Assembly: GCA_041179585.1 (NCBI GenBank)
Contig: JBEGTB010000002.1
Coordinates: forward strand, 1-48,064
Length of the DNA stretch: 48,064 nucleotides
Direction of reading: 5' to 3'
Source: Actinomycetota bacterium
GTDB lineage: Bacteria > Actinomycetota > Actinomycetes > S36-B12 > UBA5976
Below the pieces are notes generated by a model that was given only the letters and a program-made list of their open reading frames with translations, searched no databases and was not told the DNA's origin. Positions 8,983-16,489 of the stretch are shown here, one piece after another (the first letter of the stretch is position 1; every line of letters starts with the position of its first letter). The translations under genes and the position numbers were made by a program.

Positions 8983-11526
8983 TTAATCGCTAGTTGGCGC
9001 GAGTTCAATTTCAATCGAAATAGGGCTCGCGCCTTCTGCATATTCAAACTCTGTAATAACGCGGCCAGCTGCCCGAAGATCTGCAGCCACCAATTTAATC
9101 TGCGAAATTACATCACTTGGCGCTGTAATTACAGCCCTGGAAATCTCGGCCTTCATTGAAACTTTGGCTTCACTCTTAACTTTGCGAAGTTGAGAGATAA
9201 CCTCAGCAGTTACCTGGTTAAGACCTGCATCGCCGCCGCGCAGTTCACTTGAAGTTGGCCAGGCGGATGTGTGAATTGAGCCATCTTTAAACCAAGACCA
9301 CACTTCTTCAGTTACAAACGGCAGGAATGGTGCGAAAAGTTTAAGCAAGACTTCAAGAGCGACATTTAGGGCTGCTTTAGCTGATGCACTTTCAGCCTCA
9401 CCTTGCAGACCATATGCACGGTCTTTAACGATTTCTAAGTGATCATCACAAAATGCCCAGAAGAATGTTTCAGCAACTTCGAGAGCCTTTGTGTAGTTGA
9501 ACTGTTCAAAAGCTTTTGTTGATTCATCCACCACATCAGCAAGTGCTGCTAGCAGTGCTTTATCTAGGGGATTGCTAATCGCTGAAGCTGGCGCAATTCC
9601 TTGCATCAGCGTGAACTTGCTGGCGTTAAGAATCTTGGTTGCAAGGCGGCGACCAATTTTCATCTGACCAACATCAAATGCGGTGTCAGTTCCTGGACGA
9701 CCACTTGCGGCCCAGTAACGAACGCCGTCGCTTCCATGTTCATCAAGTAGATCAAGTGGGGTAACAACGTTTCCTTTTGATTTACTCATCTTCTTGCGAT
9801 CTGGATCAAGGATCCAACCACTAATTGCGGCATGCTTCCATGGCAAGCGATCTTCTTCAAAGTGGGCGCGAACAACTGTGCTAAATAACCAAGTGCGAAT
9901 AATTTCGTGGGCTTGTGGCCTGACATCGAATGGGAAAACACGTTTCCATAAATCTTCGTCAACAGTCCAGCCACCTGCGATTTGTGGAGTTAGTGAAGAA
10001 GTTGCCCAAGTGTCCATCACATCTGGATCACCAATGAAACCATTTGGTTTTCCGCGTTGTGCTTCCTCATAACCTGCTGGCACATCTGTTGATGGATCAA
10101 TTGGCAGTACTTCATCTTTTGGTGTTAGTACTTGATCCCAAATTGGATTACCTTCACCATCAAGTGCGTACCAAACAGGGATTGGCACACCAAAGAAACG
10201 CTGACGGCTAATTAACCAGTCACCATTTAAGCCTTCAACCCAGTTTTGGTAACGAACTTTCATGTGATCTGGATGCCAAGTGATATTGCGCCCACGATCA
10301 ACTAGCTTTTCGCGAAGATCTTGATCACGACCACCATTGCGGATGTACCACTGGCGAGTGGTCACAATCTCAAGTGGCTTATCGCCTTTTTCAAAGAATT
10401 TAACTGGGTGGGTGATTGGTTTTAGTTCGCCAACAAGATCGCCTGATTCGCGAAGTAATTCGGCAATCTTTTCTTTAGCTGAATGCGCGGTTAAGCCAGC
10501 AAGCGCGGCGTAGGCTGCTTTGCCACTTTCAGTTTCAATCCATGATGGGATTTCGGAAAGAATTCGACCATCCCAACCGATGATTGGTCTTGTTGGAAGT
10601 TGAAGTTCGCGCCACCAAGTTACGTCAGTTACGTCACCGAAAGTACAGATCATCGCAATACCTGAACCTTTTTCAGGATCAGCTAAGTGATGGGCAACAA
10701 CGGGAACTTCCACACCAAAGATCGGCGAAGTAACCGTTGTGCCAAATAGTGGTTTGTAACGTTCATCATCGGGGTTAGCAACCAGTGCAACAACTGCTGG
10801 AACAAGTTCTGGGCGAGTGGTTTCGATATATAAAGGTGAGCCATCTGGTTTTGAAAAACCTACGCGGTGGTAGGCACCAGGGCGTTCACGATCTTCAAGT
10901 TCTGCCTGAGCAACTGCAGTACGGAACGTAACATCCCAAAGAGTTGGCGCTTCAGATTGGTATGCCTCGTTGCGACCTAAATTTCGAAGGAATGCGCGCT
11001 GTGAGATTGCTCGGGCTTTGGTGTCAATGGTTTGATAAGTCATTTTCCAATCGACGCTTACGCCAAGGCGACGCCAAAGATCTTCGAATGCTTTCTCATC
11101 TTCGATGGTTAGCCGTTCACAAAGTTCAACGAAATTGCGACGGGATACTGGAATTTGGTCTTTGCCAGGCTCAGCTGGTGGTGTGAAGTTTGGATCGTAG
11201 GGAAGTGATGGATCGCAACGAACCCCAAAGTAGTTCTGCACGCGACGCTCTGTTGGTAGACCATTGTCATCCCAGCCCATTGGATAGAAAACTTTTTTCC
11301 CGTTCATGCGCTGGTAGCGCGCGATGCAGTCGGTGTGGGTATAAGAAAAAACGTGGCCTACGTGCAGCGAACCTGAAACTGTTGGTGGCGGAGTATCAAT
11401 TGAAAAGACTTGTTCGCGATTTGCAGTGCGATCAAATGAATAAGTGCCTTGGCTTTCCCATGCGCCAGCCCACTTGCGGTCAATCCCATCAAGTGTTGGT
11501 TTTTCAGGCATACGATCGGCGGTCAT
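8983..11526 (-). CDS. valS: Valine--tRNA ligase (short actinobacterial type)
   Basis: 847 aa class I aaRS with HIGH-like SLHVGH and KMSKS (KKMSKSKGN). The N-terminus MPEKPTLDGIDRKW and its position next to folC-ndk match the actinobacterial valS locus. Confidence 0.88.
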   Translation of the reverse strand: MTADRMPEKPTLDGIDRKWAGAWESQGTYSFDRTANREQVFSIDTPPPTVSGSLHVGHVFSYTHTDCIARYQRMNGKKVFYPMGWDDNGLPTERRVQNYFGVRCDPSLPYDPNFTPPAEPGKDQIPVSRRNFVELCERLTIEDEKAFEDLWRRLGVSVDWKMTYQTIDTKARAISQRAFLRNLGRNEAYQSEAPTLWDVTFRTAVAQAELEDRERPGAYHRVGFSKPDGSPLYIETTRPELVPAVVALVANPDDERYKPLFGTTVTSPIFGVEVPVVAHHLADPEKGSGIAMICTFGDVTDVTWWRELQLPTRPIIGWDGRILSEIPSWIETESGKAAYAALAGLTAHSAKEKIAELLRESGDLVGELKPITHPVKFFEKGDKPLEIVTTRQWYIRNGGRDQDLREKLVDRGRNITWHPDHMKVRYQNWVEGLNGDWLISRQRFFGVPIPVWYALDGEGNPIWDQVLTPKDEVLPIDPSTDVPAGYEEAQRGKPNGFIGDPDVMDTWATSSLTPQIAGGWTVDEDLWKRVFPFDVRPQAHEIIRTWLFSTVVRAHFEEDRLPWKHAAISGWILDPDRKKMSKSKGNVVTPLDLLDEHGSDGVRYWAASGRPGTDTAFDVGQMKIGRRLATKILNASKFTLMQGIAPASAISNPLDKALLAALADVVDESTKAFEQFNYTKALEVAETFFWAFCDDHLEIVKDRAYGLQGEAESASAKAALNVALEVLLKLFAPFLPFVTEEVWSWFKDGSIHTSAWPTSSELRGGDAGLNQVTAEVISQLRKVKSEAKVSMKAEISRAVITAPSDVISQIKLVAADLRAAGRVITEFEYAEGASPISIEIELAPTSD

Positions 11527-11534
11527 GAGCCTTA

Positions 11535-11540
11535 ATTCTA
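11535..11540 (-). promoter_or_regulatory. Putative -10 element (TAGAAT) for valS, leaderless or near-leaderless
   Basis: The minus strand reads TAGAAT-TAAGGCTC-ATG (8 nt to the start codon). It is part of a 9-bp inverted repeat with the folC -10. Confidence 0.35.
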
Positions 11541-11582
11541 CGAGGTAATTAAGCAGGTAAATAAATGCGTTTAGTTGCTACC

Positions 11583-11588
11583 TAGAAT
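11583..11588 (+). promoter_or_regulatory. Putative -10 element (TAGAAT) for a leaderless folC transcript
   Basis: CCTAGAAT-TAACCC-ATG. Six nt lie between the hexamer and the A of the ATG at 11595, and there is no Shine-Dalgarno. Confidence 0.45.
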
Positions 11589-11594
11589 TAACCC

Positions 11595-12950
11595 ATGTCT
11601 TCAGATTCCCCAATCGCCGAATTAAAGCGCGTCGAAGAAGTTCTGGAATCACGCCAACCTGAAACAATCATTGAGCCAAGCCTTGATCGAATCAGTCATT
11701 TGATGACATTGCTTGGTGACCCACAGCTGGCTTATCCGGTAATTCATGTCACTGGCACAAACGGCAAAACTTCAACTTCTCGCATGATTGAAAGTCTGCT
11801 GCGCGAGATGGGATTGAACACTGGTCTAGTCACCAGCCCGCACCTTCACCACATCACTGAGCGAATTCGCTTTAATGGCGAACCGATTAGCGCTGAAAAA
11901 TTTGTTGAAACTTACGACGAGATCGAACCATTTTTAGCACTTGTTGATACTGAGAGTTTGGCAAGTGGTGGCCCAGCCATGAGTTACTTCGAAGTGGTAA
12001 CTGGAATGGCGTTCGCTGCGTTTGCGGATGCGCCAGTCGATGTTGCCATCGTTGAAGTTGGCATGGGCGGAACTTGGGATGCCACAAATGTTGTGCAGCC
12101 AATAGTTTCAGTAGTTACGCCAATTGGTTTAGATCATGCAGATTACTTGGGTGACACTATCGAAGCAGTGGCAACTGAAAAATCTGGAATTATCAAAAAC
12201 GGATCAGTGGCAGTTCTAGCACCGCAAGTTCCATCAGTTGCACAAATCTTGCTTGCCCGCGCAGTTGAAGTTGATGCCACAGTTGCAAGACAAGGTGTTG
12301 AGTTTTCAGTGCGTGATCGCGCATTAGCGATAGGTGGACAAGTTTTAACCCTTGAAGGTTTAACTGGAACTTACGAACAAGTTCTACTTCCACTTTTTGG
12401 TGATCACCAAGCTGCGAATGCATCTTTAGCTCTTGCTGCAGTTGAAGCATTCTTTGGTGGATCAAATCAACTAAATGAAGATTCAGTTCGTCGCGGGTTT
12501 GGTAACGCAACTTCACCTGGTCGTCTTGAGGTTGTTAAGCGCAGTCCAACAGTGATCGTTGATGCTGCCCACAATCCACATGGTGCAAATGTGTTGGCAC
12601 ATGCACTGCAAGAGTCATTCACTTTTGATCACATCATCGGCGTGATCTCAGTTATGGCAGATAAAGATGTTCAAGGCGTCCTTGAAGCACTAGAGCCGGT
12701 AATGCAAGAAGTTGTGGTTACCTGGAATGGGTCACCACGAGCAATGCAGGTTCAAGAAATTAAAGAATTGGCCGAGCAAGTATTTGGTGCTGAGCGCGTG
12801 CACACTTCACCAAACCTAAGTGCGGCAATTGATAAAGGTATTGAATTAGCCGATGGTGCAGGCACTGCTGGTGTCGGTGTTGTTATTACCGGATCCGTTG
12901 TGACTGCAGCCAAGGGTCGTGCTTTAACCGGACATTTTGAGGCAATGTAA
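11595..12950 (+). CDS. folC: Bifunctional folylpolyglutamate synthase / dihydrofolate synthase
   Basis: 451 aa Mur-ligase family with P-loop HVTGTNGKTS. It has the conserved position between valS and ndk. Confidence 0.9.
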   Translation: MSSDSPIAELKRVEEVLESRQPETIIEPSLDRISHLMTLLGDPQLAYPVIHVTGTNGKTSTSRMIESLLREMGLNTGLVTSPHLHHITERIRFNGEPISAEKFVETYDEIEPFLALVDTESLASGGPAMSYFEVVTGMAFAAFADAPVDVAIVEVGMGGTWDATNVVQPIVSVVTPIGLDHADYLGDTIEAVATEKSGIIKNGSVAVLAPQVPSVAQILLARAVEVDATVARQGVEFSVRDRALAIGGQVLTLEGLTGTYEQVLLPLFGDHQAANASLALAAVEAFFGGSNQLNEDSVRRGFGNATSPGRLEVVKRSPTVIVDAAHNPHGANVLAHALQESFTFDHIIGVISVMADKDVQGVLEALEPVMQEVVVTWNGSPRAMQVQEIKELAEQVFGAERVHTSPNLSAAIDKGIELADGAGTAGVGVVITGSVVTAAKGRALTGHFEAM

Positions 12951-13261
12951 TGAAGGTAATGGGTAGCGCAACGCTATTTTTTGAGGCAATCGTGATTGCA
13001 CTAGCTATTCCTGTAGCAATTTCTATCTATGACGTACCAAAGACAACTGCGCTGGTTGTCGGTTTTGGATTAGCAATTCTTTGCGTGGTTGCTGTTGGCG
13101 CGATGCGCCGTGATCGCAAAACAGCAGTAAGAACTGGGTCACTCGTGCAATTACTTGTATTGCTTGCAAGTTTTCTTGTTAAGCCGCTATTAATCCCAGG
13201 CATCATGTTCACACTTATCTGGGCGTTGGCCGTTAAATTAAGCGGAAAGTTGCCCGCGTAA
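12950..13261 (+). CDS. DUF4233-like small membrane protein
   Basis: 103 aa with 3-4 predicted TM helices. It overlaps the folC stop (TAATG). Actinobacteria conserve a small membrane protein between folC and ndk. Confidence 0.65.
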   Translation: MKVMGSATLFFEAIVIALAIPVAISIYDVPKTTALVVGFGLAILCVVAVGAMRRDRKTAVRTGSLVQLLVLLASFLVKPLLIPGIMFTLIWALAVKLSGKLPA

Positions 13262-13268
13262 TTTCCCC

Positions 13269-13274
13269 TAGAAT
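13269..13274 (+). promoter_or_regulatory. Putative -10 element (TAGAAT) for a leaderless ndk transcript
   Basis: CCTAGAAT-TGTGGGC-ATG, with 7 nt to the ATG at 13282. It shares the octamer CCTAGAAT with folC. Confidence 0.4.
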
Positions 13275-13281
13275 TGTGGGC

Positions 13282-13689
13282 ATGTCACAACGCACCCTTG
13301 TTTTAGTAAAGCCTGATGGCGTCCAACGTGGACTAATTGGCGAAGTTATTGGCCGTATCGAACGCAAAGGTTTCAAAATCGTCGCTCTTGAACTGCGCAC
13401 ACTAGATCGCGCCACAGCTGAAACACATTACGGCGAACATAAAGACAAACCATTTTTCAAAGATCTGGTTAACTTCATTACCGGTGGCCCACTCGTGGCA
13501 GCAGTAATTGAAGGTAACGAAGCAATCGCTGCTTGGCGCCAAATGATGGGCGCGACCAATCCGGCAAATGCTGCAATGGGAACTATCCGTGGCGACCTTG
13601 CTACTGAAACCCAGTTAAACGTTTCACACGGATCTGATTCAGAAGAATCAGCAGCCCGCGAAATTAAATTATTCTTCCCGAACCTTTAA
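13282..13689 (+). CDS. ndk: Nucleoside diphosphate kinase
   Basis: [37 protein letters not shown]...NVSHGSDS (active-site His). The ORF track begins at GTG 13276. I prefer ATG 13282 because of the promoter geometry and the usual Ndk N-terminus. Confidence 0.92.
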   Translation: MSQRTLVLVKPDGVQRGLIGEVIGRIERKGFKIVALELRTLDRATAETHYGEHKDKPFFKDLVNFITGGPLVAAVIEGNEAIAAWRQMMGATNPANAAMGTIRGDLATETQLNVSHGSDSEESAAREIKLFFPNL

Positions 13690-13700
13690 GGACTAAGCGC

Positions 13701-15650
13701 ATGAGCGTCCAGTCGGTTTTCCCTCAGCTGGAACAGTTACTACCGAAAGTTTCTAAGCCAGTTCAGTATGTTGGCGGCGAACTTAATGCTGTCATCAAAC
13801 CTTGGGATGATGTTTTAGTTCGCTGGTGCTTGATGTATCCAGATGCCTATGAAGTTGGTATTCCAAACCAAGGCGTTCAGATTCTTTATGAAGTAATTAA
13901 CGAACGTGCCGATGCACTTTGTGAACGAACTTATGCTGTTTGGCCAGATCTTGAAAAACAGATGCGCGAAAATAACGTGCCACAGTTCACCGTTGAAGCA
14001 CATCGCCCAGTTGGCGCTTTTGATCTATTTGGTGTTTCGTTCTCAACCGAACTTGGCTACACCAACATGCTTAACGCAATTGATTTAGCCGGCGTGCCAA
14101 TCCATTCAAAAGACCGTGGTGATAATGATCCATTAGTTATTGCTGGGGGACATGCAGCTTTTAATCCTGAACCAATTGCAAACTTTATCGACGCAGCAGT
14201 TCTTGGCGATGGTGAACAAGCAGTTCTAAAAATCACAGACATCGTTGCTGACTTTAAAAAAGCTGGATCACCTGGTGGCCGAGCTGAGCTATTACTGCGC
14301 TTGGCAAAATCTGGCGTGGTTTATGTTCCAAAGTTTTATGACGTTGAGTATTTGCCAGATGGTCAGATTCGCCGCGTAACTGTGAACGAACAAGGTGTGC
14401 CATGGCGCGTTGCCAAGCACACTGTCATGGATCTTGATGAATGGCCTTATCCAAAAGCACCACTAGTTCCAATCGCTGAAAGCGTGCACGAGCGCATGAG
14501 CGTTGAAATCTTCCGCGGTTGCACCAGAGGCTGTCGTTTCTGCCAAGCAGGCATGATCACTCGTCCAGTTCGCGAACGCTCAATGACGACAATCGCTCAG
14601 ATGGTTGAAAACGGTCTGCAGAAAACTGGTTATGAAGAAATCGGGCTGCTTTCACTTTCAAGTGCTGATCACAGTGAAATTGCTGAGATATCAAAAGGGT
14701 TGGCTGATCGTTACGAGAACACTCAAACCGCACTTTCACTTCCATCAACCCGTGTTGATGCATTCAATATCGATCTAGCAAATGAACTTTCCAGAAATGG
14801 TCGTCGAAGTGGTTTAACTTTTGCCCCTGAAGGTGGCAGTGAACGAATTCGAAAAGTAATTAATAAGCAGGTATCTGAAGAAGATTTAATTCGCACAGTT
14901 ACTGCAGCATTCGGTGCGGGCTGGCGCCAAGTGAAGCTTTATTTCATGTGTGGTCTGCCAACTGAGCAAGATGAAGATGTTTTACAGATTGCAAAGTTGG
15001 CCCATGAAGTAATTAAGGCAGGCCGCGCAGCATCTGGTCGCAAAGATATTCGTTGCACAGTTTCTATTGGTGGCTTCGTACCTAAGCCGCACACACCATT
15101 CCAGTGGGCAGCGCAGCTTGATCATGAAACTACTGACAGTCGCTTATTCAAACTTCGCGACGCGATCCGCAATGACAAAGAATTCGGTAAAGCTATTGGT
15201 GTTCGCTACCACGATGGCAAGCCAGGCATAGTTGAAGGTTTGTTATCTCGTGGGGATCGTCGGGTTGGCAAAGTTATTGAACAAGTTTGGCGCGATGGTG
15301 GCCGCTTTGATGGTTGGAGCGAACACTTCTCATTTGATCGCTGGATGAGCGCTGCCGAAGTTGCACTAGCCGATGAAGCAGTTGATGTTGCTTGGTACAC
15401 AACCCGTGAACGCGAACTAGCTGAAGTATTACCGTGGGACCACCTTGATTCAGGTTTGGATAAAGAATGGCTTTGGGAAGATTGGCAAGATTCACTAAGT
15501 GAAGTTGAAGTTGATGACTGTCGCTGGACACCATGTTTTGATTGCGGCGTTTGTGATCACATGGGAACTGAAATTCAGATTGGCCCAACAAACCAAGTTT
15601 TAATGCCGCTGCCAACTGTGCGCTCCGAGGTTGTCGTTAGTGGCGCGTGA
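13701..15650 (+). CDS. B12-binding-domain radical SAM protein (TIGR03960-like), function unknown
   Basis: 649 aa with radical SAM cluster motif CTRGCRFCQAG (CxxxCxxC). It has an N-terminal B12-binding-like region, and AAGGA SD upstream. This family is typically found upstream of rne in actinobacteria. Confidence 0.85.
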   Translation: MSVQSVFPQLEQLLPKVSKPVQYVGGELNAVIKPWDDVLVRWCLMYPDAYEVGIPNQGVQILYEVINERADALCERTYAVWPDLEKQMRENNVPQFTVEAHRPVGAFDLFGVSFSTELGYTNMLNAIDLAGVPIHSKDRGDNDPLVIAGGHAAFNPEPIANFIDAAVLGDGEQAVLKITDIVADFKKAGSPGGRAELLLRLAKSGVVYVPKFYDVEYLPDGQIRRVTVNEQGVPWRVAKHTVMDLDEWPYPKAPLVPIAESVHERMSVEIFRGCTRGCRFCQAGMITRPVRERSMTTIAQMVENGLQKTGYEEIGLLSLSSADHSEIAEISKGLADRYENTQTALSLPSTRVDAFNIDLANELSRNGRRSGLTFAPEGGSERIRKVINKQVSEEDLIRTVTAAFGAGWRQVKLYFMCGLPTEQDEDVLQIAKLAHEVIKAGRAASGRKDIRCTVSIGGFVPKPHTPFQWAAQLDHETTDSRLFKLRDAIRNDKEFGKAIGVRYHDGKPGIVEGLLSRGDRRVGKVIEQVWRDGGRFDGWSEHFSFDRWMSAAEVALADEAVDVAWYTTRERELAEVLPWDHLDSGLDKEWLWEDWQDSLSEVEVDDCRWTPCFDCGVCDHMGTEIQIGPTNQVLMPLPTVRSEVVVSGA

Positions 15651-16368
15651 CCCAGGCCGCGAAGTAGTTCACGCAGTTCAAAAACTTCGAGTTAAACATG
15701 CCAAGCGTGGGCCGCTTAGATTTACCTCACATCGAGACTTCCAGCGAGCTTTTGAACGCGCACTAAGACGAGCTGGCGTGCCGATGGCTTATAGCGCTGG
15801 CTTTTCACCGCACCCAAAGATTTCTTATGCCAATGCTGCACCAACAGGTGTTGCATCAGAGGCTGAATATGTTGAAATAGGTGTCGTTGAAAAATGCGAT
15901 CCAGATAAAGTTCGCGAAGTATTAGACCGCGTTTTACCACCAGGTCTTGATGTGATCGATGTGGTTGAGGCAACAACTGGTGATTTTGTAGCAAGGCTTG
16001 AAGCAAGTCACTGGAAGATTGAACTTCCAGGTATCAGCCTTGATCAATTAGATGGTGCATTTGCCAAATTCGTGGATTCAAGCGAAGTGCTAGTTGAGCG
16101 CATGACAAAGTCGGGTCTTCGCACTTTTGATGCCCGAAATGCCGTAATTCATGGGGTAACTGAGAGTGGCTCAGATTGTGCAATACTTCTTGTAGTCGTT
16201 TTGCATGGCGTGCCAGCAGTTCGACCAGACGATGTTCTAGCAGCTCTAACAAAAGTTGCGGATCTTAAAGTTGAAATCCCACCAAGGATTACCCGACTTG
16301 CACAAGGTCCACTACTTGAAGATGGCTGGTCGGTAGGCGATCCATTCGCCTTAGACCGAAGCCAATGA
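15631..16368 (+). CDS. Radical-SAM-associated protein (TIGR03936 / DUF2344-like), function unknown
   Basis: 245 aa with LRFTSHRDFQRAFERALRRAGVPMAYSAGFSPHPKISYANAAP. It overlaps the upstream radical SAM gene by 11-20 nt. GTG at 15640 is the more likely start, 9 nt after GAGG. Confidence 0.8.
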   Translation: MSLVARDPGREVVHAVQKLRVKHAKRGPLRFTSHRDFQRAFERALRRAGVPMAYSAGFSPHPKISYANAAPTGVASEAEYVEIGVVEKCDPDKVREVLDRVLPPGLDVIDVVEATTGDFVARLEASHWKIELPGISLDQLDGAFAKFVDSSEVLVERMTKSGLRTFDARNAVIHGVTESGSDCAILLVVVLHGVPAVRPDDVLAALTKVADLKVEIPPRITRLAQGPLLEDGWSVGDPFALDRSQ

Positions 16369-16408
16369 CAAGTTTGTAGCTCGAATAATCGTCACTACAT
16401 AGGCTTAT

Positions 16409-16475
16409 GCGCTCGCTTAGCGAGCGTGGGTGATCGCTCACCAAATGCGTTTATCGCAATTTGATGAGTGCGATA
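16409..16475 (+). promoter_or_regulatory. Structured rne 5' leader (three consecutive hairpins)
   Basis: Hairpins are GCGCTCGC-TTA-GCGAGCGT (16409-16427), GGTGA-TCGC-TCACC (16429-16442) and TATCGCA-N10-TGCGATA (16452-16475). The last one abuts the GGAGA SD at 16476-16480. Confidence 0.4.
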
Positions 16476-16489
16476 GGAGAACGACATAT

